A DNA stretch of 64,000 nucleotides from a virus: IMG/VR virus record IMGVR_UViG_3300029121_000001, one strand, 5' to 3'. Numbering within the stretch: position 1 is the first letter of the stretch; every line of letters starts with the position of its first letter. Positions 9,812 to 19,355 of the stretch are shown in pieces. A model generated the notes under the pieces. The model saw nothing but the letters and a program-made list of their open reading frames with translations, searched no databases and had not been told where the DNA came from. The position numbers were made by a program, and so were the translations under genes.

Positions 9812-9827
9812 CACTATTATTATATCT
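9812..9827 (-). promoter_or_regulatory. Promoter-like box variant AGATATAATAAtaGTG
   Basis: One internal change from the consensus. 77-82 nt upstream of the 9735 start, followed by a tggaag/cttcca hairpin. Confidence 0.4.
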
Positions 9828-9857
9828 ACTCAAATTTAAGAGAAATTAAAAAAAAAT

Positions 9858-9887
9858 AATGAGTAAGGTATTTCTACCTTACTCATT
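9858..9887 (-). terminator. Hairpin terminator
   Basis: aatgagtaaggta-tttc-taccttactcatt plus a T9 run in the minus sense. Confidence 0.75.
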
Positions 9888-9895
9888 ATTATCAT

Positions 9896-10237
9896 TTACT
9901 TAATCTCAATAGAATTCTCATACAAAGGATACTCATAGATATTAAATCTATAGATATATTTGGGTCCTTGTGGATTATCACTCTTAGGAATAACGTTTAC
10001 AAAAGCACTATAAATAAGATGATTTTTAATATCTTTCTCACTCATATCACTATTGTAAATATTAACCTTTATGTCATTATTCTTTTCAAATTTCTTTGAA
10101 ATTTCTCCACATTTAGTCCCAATATAAAATATAGCACTATCTAAGCTAGTGAAGCAAATACCTGCTTCAACATCCATTTCAGTACCACAAATTACATTTT
10201 GACTATTTACATAATAAACATTTGGCATATTAATCAT
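9896..10237 (-). CDS. Hypothetical protein, about 113 aa
   Basis: The upstream part of the track ORF overlaps the helicase. ATG at 10237 (or 10227) overlaps the helicase stop (GATGATTAATATG), indicating translational coupling. Confidence 0.6.
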   Translation of the reverse strand: MINMPNVYYVNSQNVICGTEMDVEAGICFTSLDSAIFYIGTKCGEISKKFEKNNDIKVNIYNSDMSEKDIKNHLIYSAFVNVIPKSDNPQGPKYIYRFNIYEYPLYENSIEIK

Positions 10238-11882
10238 CCTTTCTGTTTTGAGTTTCTGATGCAAAATATATAGCTGGCATATCTTTTTGTTTAATAAACT
10301 CAATTGCTTGAATATTCTTTGGACAATTATATTCAATGGGATATTTAAATCTGTCTCGCATCTGAATGCGAGTCTCTTCATCTATATTAGCCAATTTCGG
10401 ATTATCTACAAACATCACTTTTGTTTTTGAGGCGTATTTATTAAATATAGGTCTCTTAGCATTGAAGTATGATGTAAGTTGCTTAAATCCGACATCTACT
10501 AGCTCAATATATGATGTATTATGATTTCTTGTTCTACCAAGTGTCTGTCTTGTAATAACTTCAGATTTAAAAGGTTCTGCTAAAACAACAGAATATTTCA
10601 GATCTGGAATATCCTCACCTGCACCTGCAGATTTAGTAGTTGTAAGAATATACTTCTTAAGTTTTTCATTTTGTTTATCATCACTAATAGAAGTATAAAT
10701 TCCAACATCATTCCACAGTTCAGGATAGTTGAACATAATCCTTTCATAAACTTTTTGAATTGCAGAATTGGTTCCAATATAAAATAATGCTTTGCCTCCA
10801 GTTCTATATATCAAAGAGAAGATATAATCAAACATTATCCAGAATCTATTATTCTTCATCAGATATTCAATATATAATGGATTACTCAATCCATATACAC
10901 TATTCTTACAATAGTTAATATCTGAAGGTTTAGGATAAGAATTATATTTAATAGCAATATAATTTGTATGAGCATCTACATCCGGATTAAACAAATTGAT
11001 AGATGGCACATTCTTCATATATAGCTTATAAATAATATCTTCTTGTCTATCAGATCTAGAAGGAGTTGCCGTGATATAATAAGTTCTCCATACGTCTTTT
11101 GTAGCAAAATCTATCAAAGCCATATTTTGAAAATTCTGATGAGCTTCGTCAAAAAACTTAATTCCGATTTTAAGTTTTTCAAATAACAATCCTACCTTAT
11201 CCCATCCATGAGTAGATCCATACGTCTGTAAAGTAGAATGTGTACAAAGATAAAGAGACTTATTGCTTATCATAGTAGAACCACTAATGATTCTACTAAT
11301 CATAGATCCTCCCTCAATCTTAACAATTTCAGAATCTTCTATATCTGTATATTCTTTAAACTTCTCTCTCCATTGATCAAGAATACCAGATTGAGAAGTA
11401 ATTACCATAGACCTTATTCCCAAATAACTAAGAGCACAAGCGGCAATAAAAGTCTTTCCTTTACCAGTAGTAAGATTCAATGAAAATTGTGATTTACTAC
11501 TATTCACATAATACTTATCCTTACAAAGAACAAACTTTAAAGATTCAGTTTGTACATCATCTCTAGGAAGCATTTTCATTCTAATAGATTTAGTTACTTT
11601 TGCGTATTGATGTGCATGAACAACAGAAGAACTAAAAGATCCATCATCGATAGTAGATTCTACTTTTCTTCGTACAAAATCTACATCAATTCCTCTAGGA
11701 AGATATAATCTTCTATTCTCTTTATCATAATAAATTCCAATGTATTCAATTCTATGGCAGAGTTTATTCCATATTCCAAATTGTCGTAATAGTGTAGGAA
11801 AATCAGATGGATCACAATCATTAATTACTATAGCAGAATTATGAAGAACCATCTTACATTCATTAGCTGATTTAAGTCCCAT
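10230..11882 (-). CDS. Superfamily 2 DEAD/DEAH-box helicase
   Basis: Walker A TTGKGKT, DEAH box FFDEAHQ, motif III ITATPS, motif V TTKSAGAGEDIPD, motif VI QTLGRTRN. The track start at 11936 lies inside the upstream terminator stem. The ATG at 11882 follows AGAAGG. Confidence 0.85.
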   Translation of the reverse strand: MGLKSANECKMVLHNSAIVINDCDPSDFPTLLRQFGIWNKLCHRIEYIGIYYDKENRRLYLPRGIDVDFVRRKVESTIDDGSFSSSVVHAHQYAKVTKSIRMKMLPRDDVQTESLKFVLCKDKYYVNSSKSQFSLNLTTGKGKTFIAACALSYLGIRSMVITSQSGILDQWREKFKEYTDIEDSEIVKIEGGSMISRIISGSTMISNKSLYLCTHSTLQTYGSTHGWDKVGLLFEKLKIGIKFFDEAHQNFQNMALIDFATKDVWRTYYITATPSRSDRQEDIIYKLYMKNVPSINLFNPDVDAHTNYIAIKYNSYPKPSDINYCKNSVYGLSNPLYIEYLMKNNRFWIMFDYIFSLIYRTGGKALFYIGTNSAIQKVYERIMFNYPELWNDVGIYTSISDDKQNEKLKKYILTTTKSAGAGEDIPDLKYSVVLAEPFKSEVITRQTLGRTRNHNTSYIELVDVGFKQLTSYFNAKRPIFNKYASKTKVMFVDNPKLANIDEETRIQMRDRFKYPIEYNCPKNIQAIEFIKQKDMPAIYFASETQNRKDD

Positions 11883-11906
11883 GATTAATACCTTCTTAAA
11901 AATAAA

Positions 11907-11933
11907 GACCGGAGAGTATTTAGCTCTCCGGTC
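11907..11933 (-). terminator. Hairpin terminator after the RNAP gene
   Basis: gaccggagag-tatttag-ctctccggtc followed by TTTATTTTT in the minus sense. Confidence 0.7.
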
Positions 11934-11940
11934 CATTTAA

Positions 11941-14067
11941 TTATTCTTGCTGATCTCCTTTATCATTAGATACAAAATAAATTGCATCTACATTACCCTT
12001 CATATCATATTCATCATTAGAACGGAATTCATCAGAAACCATTTCATCATTAACCATGAATTTCTGAGGTTGTTCCATAAAGTAAAGATCAAAGATACTG
12101 GGTTTATGCTTTTTAGTAGACAAAGGAGAAACCAGAGTCTTACCAACACGCTGATATTCGAAGTTAACAGTAATACTCGGAGAATAATTTAATGCAGAAC
12201 TTAGAGTGAGGATCTTATAAGGTGCATTCTCAATAGCCCAATTAGGCATTTCAAGAATATTATCAGGATCTCTCATCTGATTTGCAAGAATAGTCTCCAA
12301 ATGAACAGCAGAAATTACCAGACCACCTTCAAGGTTTGCATTGATAAATTCTGCAACGATACTATCCTTATCAAAGGAAGAAGTATCTTTCTTTCTATCA
12401 ATGATATGCTTAGATCTTTCAAGAGTTCTCTGAAGTTCCTTATTCTGAATCTTGACACTAAAGATACTAGGCAAACCTTTAATAGCATCAAGAGGAATAG
12501 TATATACTCCATCATCTTCTTTAGCTTTCTTAGATTTAAGAATTCTATTAAGATCTTCTGTTAGATAGATATTATCTTCATCCACTGTATGGAATGTTAC
12601 AATTCTACCATCAGGATACAGCACATCAAAAGATGGAGTGAATTCTTCATAAATAATTCCATCACTGTCATCATCGTCATCAGAATCAAATTTACTAGAA
12701 TCCAAAACCAGATAATATCCAGATACATCCGTATCTTCATCGATATTGATAGAATTCAATTCGATTTTAAAGATATCAAAGAACTCAGGATTCCACTTCA
12801 TTTCGATGACTGCAGATTCAAGCAAATGCTTTGCGGACAGAAGCATCTGTGTATATTTCTCAGACAGAAGCTCAGCAGCCAACTTGCCAGGATTGATATC
12901 TCTATTAGTATAATAAAGATCACCATAGCATTTATGGCAAATGCCATGACCTCTAGCATAAGACTGACATGTGATAGGAGATCTGAAATATAGAGTCTTT
13001 CCAATAAGATCAGTATCTTTATCAGAATCCAAAAGATAATCAGGACCATGAGGATTAAACTTATAATATCTCTTATCATAGAGCTTTAAAAGTTTAGCAT
13101 CCTTGATAGTCATCTTAATGAAGTTTGCAGTATCACAGCAATAATTAGGATCATCGTTCAAGAATGTATCCAGATTATTAGTTTCCAGTAAACGTGCAAA
13201 TGCACCAGAGGTACCGACATTCATCTTCTGCAGAATCTGGGCAATTCTACCGACAGAGGAGTCAATAACATAAGATTCAGGATTCTCGACACCACCATTC
13301 ATGAAAGAATTATTAATGATATATGGGAAAATTCCTCCCTGACCATCAGGTTTAGTGCCAATATTGACAGACACTTCCTTAAACTGTTTCGGAGAAATAG
13401 CTTCACCTGAAGTAAAAGAGTCTCTCAAGCAATGATCATTTGCTTTGATATATTTGATCTGCATATTGGTATAATCCATGCCAATAGCTTTTACATCTTC
13501 AATAGGTGTATTAGACAGATCAGCATGGATAGACTCATTAAAATCAGGATACCTTTCCATCAGTTTAATGGTATCAGTGAAATTGACAGTATTTGCTAGA
13601 TACATAGCAAATTCATCAATATACTTCATCTTGGAAATCATATCATCAAAAAGATTATTGAGCACCATAAAGTTAATATCTTTTCTATGTGCTTTAATAA
13701 GCTTATTACAATAAGCTTCAATATTCTTTTTGGTAATAGCTGTCGTATTAAAGATATACCTTACGGTAATAATATCTCCAATGCAAATCGAGAATGTCCA
13801 GAAAATTAGATTATACCAATAATCTACCAAAGTAAATGTTACAAACTCATCAGAAGGATCAAGTCTATACTCAGGATCATGATTAAAATGAACTCCAATC
13901 TTATATGCTTGAACATCAGGTTGCTCAATGCCATCTCTCATTATATTGAGAATTCCATTAAAGTGATCCATAAAATTATCAGGATTAATTGTGTTTACAT
14001 CAATCTCCTGATATCCAGTTTGTGCGAGTTGAACATATGGGCCATAGTTTTCATAATAAGTAACCAT
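11941..14067 (-). CDS. Multisubunit RNA polymerase beta-prime subunit, C-terminal half (split subunit)
   Basis: TSGEAISPKQ...GTKPDGQGGIFPYIINNSF..G...ESYV.DSSVGRIAQILQKMNVGTSGAFARLL aligns by eye with the bacterial [54 protein letters not shown] (region F / bridge helix). RSPITCQSYARGHGICHKCYGDLY...INPGKLAAELLSEKYTQMLLSAKH matches VRS..TC....GVCA.CYGRDL...[25 protein letters not shown] (trigger loop). No NADFDGD motif, so the N-terminal half is encoded elsewhere. Confidence 0.85.
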   Translation of the reverse strand: MVTYYENYGPYVQLAQTGYQEIDVNTINPDNFMDHFNGILNIMRDGIEQPDVQAYKIGVHFNHDPEYRLDPSDEFVTFTLVDYWYNLIFWTFSICIGDIITVRYIFNTTAITKKNIEAYCNKLIKAHRKDINFMVLNNLFDDMISKMKYIDEFAMYLANTVNFTDTIKLMERYPDFNESIHADLSNTPIEDVKAIGMDYTNMQIKYIKANDHCLRDSFTSGEAISPKQFKEVSVNIGTKPDGQGGIFPYIINNSFMNGGVENPESYVIDSSVGRIAQILQKMNVGTSGAFARLLETNNLDTFLNDDPNYCCDTANFIKMTIKDAKLLKLYDKRYYKFNPHGPDYLLDSDKDTDLIGKTLYFRSPITCQSYARGHGICHKCYGDLYYTNRDINPGKLAAELLSEKYTQMLLSAKHLLESAVIEMKWNPEFFDIFKIELNSINIDEDTDVSGYYLVLDSSKFDSDDDDDSDGIIYEEFTPSFDVLYPDGRIVTFHTVDEDNIYLTEDLNRILKSKKAKEDDGVYTIPLDAIKGLPSIFSVKIQNKELQRTLERSKHIIDRKKDTSSFDKDSIVAEFINANLEGGLVISAVHLETILANQMRDPDNILEMPNWAIENAPYKILTLSSALNYSPSITVNFEYQRVGKTLVSPLSTKKHKPSIFDLYFMEQPQKFMVNDEMVSDEFRSNDEYDMKGNVDAIYFVSNDKGDQQE

Positions 14068-14123
14068 TTATAATTCTCTCCTTTTATAGAACTATAATAT
14101 GTATCCATCAGTAATATTGAGTT

Positions 14124-14354
14124 TCAGAAACTATCAGTTTTAAAATAATCTCCTGCTGGAGTACTGATCTTATCTTCATCCAATACTGCTAGTATACAAT
14201 AATACAATTCAGGAAATTGTTTCTTTAAAGCTTCTTTATCAATATCAAATATTGCTTGAAGCTTTTCTTTATTAGATAAAGATTCCATTTTCATAATATT
14301 TTGCTTTGAGCTAGGATCTGCATGATAGACATGCATTTCAAGGAATTTATTCAT
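14124..14354 (-). CDS. Hypothetical protein, 76 aa
   Basis: The ATG at 14354 follows GGAGG by 8 nt. The longer track ORF begins upstream of the SD. Confidence 0.6.
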   Translation of the reverse strand: MNKFLEMHVYHADPSSKQNIMKMESLSNKEKLQAIFDIDKEALKKQFPELYYCILAVLDEDKISTPAGDYFKTDSF

Positions 14355-14417
14355 AATACAACCTCCATTTATTAATTGATAATTAGAATAATAAAATATC
14401 ACTTCTGGTATTCTATT

Positions 14418-14433
14418 CATAGTTATAATATCT
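14418..14433 (-). promoter_or_regulatory. Promoter-like box AGATATTATAActATG
   Basis: Exact consensus, 64-69 nt upstream of the 14354 start and in the same orientation. Confidence 0.5.
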
Positions 14434-14460
14434 TACTAAGCAAAAAATTAAAAGGAGTTG

Positions 14461-14484
14461 CATGGGAGGCATATGCCTCCCATG
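14461..14484 (-). terminator. Perfect palindromic hairpin terminator
   Basis: catgggaggcat/atgcctcccatg followed by a T-rich run in the minus sense. Confidence 0.75.
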
Positions 14485-14501
14485 TACTTTCCTTTCAAAT
14501 T

Positions 14502-14942
14502 TCATTTGACTGCATTGGGAGACATACAATCTTCCTTCAGCTCATATTTATAAATAGGTACAAGTATGACGCTATCATATTGAAGAATGCTAGCATCATT
14601 TTCGAGGCAATCATTTGCCTCTATGATGGCATACATCTCAAAACGATAATCCTTTGAATCAGTCATATCGAATCGAGATGCAATACTACTAAGAGTATCA
14701 CCATCCTTAACCCTGTAGCTGACATAGTGATCAACCACGAGTTTGCGGCTGGTGATCTTATCAACCCAACCTCCAAGCTTGAAGGTCATCATCAATACAA
14801 TGATGGCGGCAATGCAGTAAAGAATGCAACGATTACGACGTGCATTCTTGCGAGCCTTAGCAGCGGCACGCTTGTTACGGCGATACTCTGCATCGCTTAC
14901 GTAATTGTAATCCTTCTTCATACCAGTAGTCATAGTAGCCAT
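14502..14942 (-). CDS. LysM-domain protein with N-terminal basic segment and one transmembrane helix
   Basis: YRVKDGDTLSSIASRF...ILVPIY fits the LysM consensus Y.V..GDTL..IA......I.vP. RRNKRAAAKARKNARRNR is followed by ILYCIAAIIVLMMTF. AAGGAG SD. Confidence 0.75.
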   Translation of the reverse strand: MATMTTGMKKDYNYVSDAEYRRNKRAAAKARKNARRNRCILYCIAAIIVLMMTFKLGGWVDKITSRKLVVDHYVSYRVKDGDTLSSIASRFDMTDSKDYRFEMYAIIEANDCLENDASILQYDSVILVPIYKYELKEDCMSPNAVK

Positions 14943-15049
14943 AGTTCATAACTCCTTTATTTTTTACATCATTTATTTTTCGAAAGACTATAATCTAAGT
15001 CCTTCTTTCAATTTTATACTATACAAGTGAAATTTTGAATTATTAAAAA

Positions 15050-15075
15050 GCGGAAGGGACATGAATCCCTTCCGC
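15050..15075 (-). terminator. Hairpin terminator
   Basis: gcggaaggga-catgaa-tcccttccgc followed by TTTTT in the minus sense. Confidence 0.75.
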
Positions 15076-15080
15076 AATTA

Positions 15081-17621
15081 TTAATCTTGACTATTGGCAA
15101 GAATAAACTTTTGTCCATCTTTGACGTCTTCTGTATCAGCAACAAGATCAGTAGCAATATAATTGAGTAGTTTATCCTTATCGGGGAATAGACGTACAAT
15201 CTTAGTATTACTACCTTCTGCTTCGTTATCAAAATACTCAGGATGGAAGTCATAGACGAATTTATCTCCAGTGCTGACATCATTACGACCCAGATAGAAG
15301 TCAATAATAACATCATAGAGAATTGTCTTAAGACTAGCAAAGTTATCCTTATAATTTTCAGCAGGAGTTTCGAGTTCATAGATAGTGCCAAAGATCTTCT
15401 GAAGTCCAGCATAAGATTTACCAGATTCAGCATAAGTAGTAAGTAGAGTATTGATAAATGTTTTCCAAGTATCAGTAATAGACTTACCATTCTTATATAA
15501 ATATTTAGCTATCTCAGAATTTCCTGTAATATATTCCATAATGGTTACATTATCTACAGAATCTGCATAATGTCTACTTTCGGATTTATTATTAGTACCA
15601 TCAATAACAATATTTCCATTAGCATCTCTGACATACTTATCCATATTGATCAAAAGAGTATTTAGATCAATATCTTTAATATCCATAGGATTAACTTTGA
15701 GACCATTAATAAATAGCATGCAAGTATCTTTGGATAGAGGATATGTAGTAGGATAATTTACATCAGTAGGAGTATCTGTTAGAGTAAGTAATCCACTCTT
15801 AGGAATAGATACTTGTTTATATTTTTCTACTAGTATTTCAGGAATATAGAAGATATCAATATAATCTCCTTTATCTAGAATAGTAGTAAAATACAAAATA
15901 AGTTTATCAAAAGGCCGATACTTATTCATGAAAGTGATTGCATACTCAGTCTTATCAATCTTCTTACCATTAATAAAGATCATATATTGATCTGGATTAT
16001 GACAATAGTTGAACTGAGTTGGAAGTATAACTTTATACTGATTATCTTTTTGCTTGAATCGATAATATCTGAATTGCTTCTTAGGAACTATCTTAAGCTT
16101 TCTACCATAATATTCAGTATTAGTGAATTTAATCTTATAGTAGTCTTCTTTAGTATTCTCAAAAGTAAATTCTACAATGTAATTCTTTCTATCTTCATTG
16201 CTATCAGGAACTTCATATGTAGAATCAGGGCAATATTCAGACATTAGATAACAATCATTGAGATTATATTCAGAATGAAGATATACAGAAGTATTAGCAT
16301 CTGGAACTGTAACTTCAAGAATCTTATTATTACAATTTGTAAACATAAGAATCTCAACATGATCATCATCTAGAATTCCAAATATAGGAATATTAATAGT
16401 ATTTGTAGTATAAACTACATCAATCATATATTGATATAGCCTATTATTTACAAATACCATTACTACACTTTGGATAATATCTCCATATCTTCTTGATAGA
16501 TGTATGTATCCATCAGAATCTGCAAGCTCTTTGAAATCATGCCCTTCATAAGTAAAAGACTTGATATTTGATTCATCCACGAATACATCTTTCCACATGC
16601 TAAAATCATATTGAGTAATATATTCTGCTGCATTACTAATATTCTTTTCATAAGAAAGATTTCTGGAATGATCAAAATCAAAGCTCTGCAATAGAGGAGA
16701 TATAATAGCTTTCCAATCAGTACTAGAAGTATTGTTTTTATTTTTATCAATAATAGCTTTTACAAGATCTTTATTTACATCTTCTCTATTAAACAGAGAT
16801 TTATATTCAGTACAATGCTTTGTATTGTACATGCATATAGCCCATTTAATAGGAGTTGTAGTTGAAAGAACTTCGAATAATCCAAAAGTTCCTTTATAAA
16901 TATCATCAATTTTCTTATCTGTTCCAGTCATATTGAATAGACCAGTATCCATAAATGTGATAATATTATCCAATGTAGGAATATATCCATCAGGAAGATC
17001 GTCTAATTTCATTAATCCATTAGGAACTTCATACAGATTAATTTCTTTATAATAAATATCTGGATCTAGAATCTCAAGTCTCATATCAATCTGTACAAAA
17101 TCTGTGGATTCTAGTCTCTTACCATCTCTAAAATAAAATCCTTTTCTATCATGATCTAGAAGAACATCGCTATCTTCACCATATCTAATATATTTAGAAG
17201 CAATAGGGAAGATAACTATCTTAGCATCAAAATGAGTAGCGCCTTTCTTGAAACCATCAATTCTTAAATAGCTATAATCATAATCATGAATAATAGTTAT
17301 TTTACTCCATGGAATTGCAGATCCTTCAACGAATAGGATGAAAGGCCATACCTTATCTTCATTCACTAGATTATCTAGTCTATCCATAAATACAGTATTA
17401 TTCAATTCATTATCATAGCAATAAGGAATATCATTTACTGCATATACCTGAACATCTGTTTCCCAAACATTATACTTATATCCATCATACCAATATTCCC
17501 ATTGATGACGCATATAAAGATTTCTAACCATTGGACACAGATTTCTCTGCAATTCTGTAATACGAGAATATGTATGATGTCTCAAGTCTTCAATTTTATC
17601 AATGAATTTTTGATCCATCAT
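15081..17621 (-). CDS. Large hypothetical (probably virion) protein, 846 aa
   Basis: Long ORF whose start overlaps the upstream stop (TAATG). Confidence 0.75.
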   Translation of the reverse strand: MMDQKFIDKIEDLRHHTYSRITELQRNLCPMVRNLYMRHQWEYWYDGYKYNVWETDVQVYAVNDIPYCYDNELNNTVFMDRLDNLVNEDKVWPFILFVEGSAIPWSKITIIHDYDYSYLRIDGFKKGATHFDAKIVIFPIASKYIRYGEDSDVLLDHDRKGFYFRDGKRLESTDFVQIDMRLEILDPDIYYKEINLYEVPNGLMKLDDLPDGYIPTLDNIITFMDTGLFNMTGTDKKIDDIYKGTFGLFEVLSTTTPIKWAICMYNTKHCTEYKSLFNREDVNKDLVKAIIDKNKNNTSSTDWKAIISPLLQSFDFDHSRNLSYEKNISNAAEYITQYDFSMWKDVFVDESNIKSFTYEGHDFKELADSDGYIHLSRRYGDIIQSVVMVFVNNRLYQYMIDVVYTTNTINIPIFGILDDDHVEILMFTNCNNKILEVTVPDANTSVYLHSEYNLNDCYLMSEYCPDSTYEVPDSNEDRKNYIVEFTFENTKEDYYKIKFTNTEYYGRKLKIVPKKQFRYYRFKQKDNQYKVILPTQFNYCHNPDQYMIFINGKKIDKTEYAITFMNKYRPFDKLILYFTTILDKGDYIDIFYIPEILVEKYKQVSIPKSGLLTLTDTPTDVNYPTTYPLSKDTCMLFINGLKVNPMDIKDIDLNTLLINMDKYVRDANGNIVIDGTNNKSESRHYADSVDNVTIMEYITGNSEIAKYLYKNGKSITDTWKTFINTLLTTYAESGKSYAGLQKIFGTIYELETPAENYKDNFASLKTILYDVIIDFYLGRNDVSTGDKFVYDFHPEYFDNEAEGSNTKIVRLFPDKDKLLNYIATDLVADTEDVKDGQKFILANSQD

Positions 17622-18592
17622 TATGCATTCTCCCCTCCGATTCTAAGTAGCTCATTAGTGAAGTTAAGAACAGTTTTACTACCAGCAACTTTTTCAATAG
17701 TATTCTGCTGATTAATAAATGCACCATTATAACAGTCTGTCAGTATCTGAGAAAAAGGTACAAAGCATTCTAGACCAAGGAAAGTACTAGGGCCATATGC
17801 ATACATCCATCGCTGAACAAAAGAATCAACTGTAAGCTTAGCTCTATTCTTAGGGCTTATAGATCCTTCTTTTTGATCAAGAAATACTTCTGCAAATTTC
17901 ATAAGGAATTGATTAAAGTCAGCTGCTCCATCTTCAAATGTAAAAGAAAATAGTGTATGTAGATAGTCACAAACCTTTTTATCTTTAATGCCAGAAATTT
18001 GTTTTGCTACATTATAAATTGTTTCTCCAGGAGCAACACCTTCTACGCATAGCAAATAATATTCTGCTAGAACAAAAGACATTCTTTCCTTATTATCAGC
18101 ATAAGTAATAGGCACTTTAAGATATCCAAATACATAGAGCATCATATCTGCAAATGCTCCAGCACCATTCTTCATTAGAGTTACACTGCCAGTAATTAGC
18201 TTAGGATTATTATAGTATATAATATAAGTCATAGCAGCTGTCAAATAAGATATAAGAACTCCAACTTTCTTACACTTATAAACGCCATTTTCAATAGAAA
18301 TAATTCCAGAGCAATCGATAAATACTTTCTTTACATCTTTATCTTCTTTGATATCTTTTACATAGATTACCTTAAATGCTCTAGAAATTCCATTCTCTCT
18401 TACCATTAAAACAACTTTGTTGCTCAATAGAACCTTTAATAGAACTGAAGTAGCCTGTTGCTTAACCGCATAAACTATATCTTGAAAACTAGAGTTATTC
18501 TTATCTACTCGATCAGCTTCCATAAGGTATTTAAAAATTTCCTTATTATAATCGGTGACCTTATATAGATAAGAGTCAGATATTGCCTTCAT
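17621..18592 (-). CDS. Hypothetical protein, 323 aa
   Basis: ORF with a GGAGGG SD. Confidence 0.75.
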   Translation of the reverse strand: MKAISDSYLYKVTDYNKEIFKYLMEADRVDKNNSSFQDIVYAVKQQATSVLLKVLLSNKVVLMVRENGISRAFKVIYVKDIKEDKDVKKVFIDCSGIISIENGVYKCKKVGVLISYLTAAMTYIIYYNNPKLITGSVTLMKNGAGAFADMMLYVFGYLKVPITYADNKERMSFVLAEYYLLCVEGVAPGETIYNVAKQISGIKDKKVCDYLHTLFSFTFEDGAADFNQFLMKFAEVFLDQKEGSISPKNRAKLTVDSFVQRWMYAYGPSTFLGLECFVPFSQILTDCYNGAFINQQNTIEKVAGSKTVLNFTNELLRIGGENA

Positions 18593-18640
18593 AATCGGCC
18601 CTCCACTATATTAATTTATATTGATGTTTAATTTTGAAGA

Positions 18641-18677
18641 AATAACCACTACTTGGATATCCAAGTAGTGGTTATTA
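18641..18677 (-). terminator. Long hairpin terminator
   Basis: aataaccactacttgga-tat-ccaagtagtggttatt. Confidence 0.65.
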
Positions 18678-18679
18678 TT

Positions 18680-19297
18680 TTACGGTAAAACAACAGTTGT
18701 CTTATCAATATAAGCCTTATTAGCTGCATCTGCAGACATAGCAGCTGTAGTTACATATAGGCTATCAAAGTATATAGTTGCACCAGTATCAGGTAGAACA
18801 ATTAGTTCAATCTTAATCATATAAGATCCAGTAGCAGATCCCTTGAAATCAACAGTATGTCCAAGACTTACATACTTATTTGCAGTTCTAATCTGATCTC
18901 CATTAATTGTTTGAGTATCAATCTTAGTTTCCTTAGGATTAGTTGCAGAAGTATCCACAAAATAGGTATTAATTTCAAGTAGATTCTGAACACCAGATGC
19001 AATAGAAGACTTAATACGATAAACAATAGAAGTATTTCCAAAAGGAATATTAGCAATCTTTGTAGAAAATAGAATCTTTCTTACACTAGATGAACTTACA
19101 ATAATAGACTCACCATTATTTGCATCTCCATCAGCTGTCTTGATTCCTTCTGTATGAGTATTATCATTTTTATCTGTCGAAGCATTAGTAGAATCTAATA
19201 CTATTCCACCACCAGAATTTTCAGATGTTCCAATAGGGAAATATCTATTTCCTTGCCAGTCTTCGATTCTTATATGTCGATTTTCAATTTTGGCCAT
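18680..19297 (-). CDS. Hypothetical protein, 205 aa, adjacent to the tail-fibre gene
   Basis: ORF with an AAAGGAG SD. Ser/Thr/Asn-rich. Confidence 0.7.
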   Translation of the reverse strand: MAKIENRHIRIEDWQGNRYFPIGTSENSGGGIVLDSTNASTDKNDNTHTEGIKTADGDANNGESIIVSSSSVRKILFSTKIANIPFGNTSIVYRIKSSIASGVQNLLEINTYFVDTSATNPKETKIDTQTINGDQIRTANKYVSLGHTVDFKGSATGSYMIKIELIVLPDTGATIYFDSLYVTTAAMSADAANKAYIDKTTVVLP

Positions 19298-19355
19298 AAT
19301 GAATCGTCTCCTTTAATTAGAAATTTAAATCAAATCTTTTATTATCATGTTTTGA

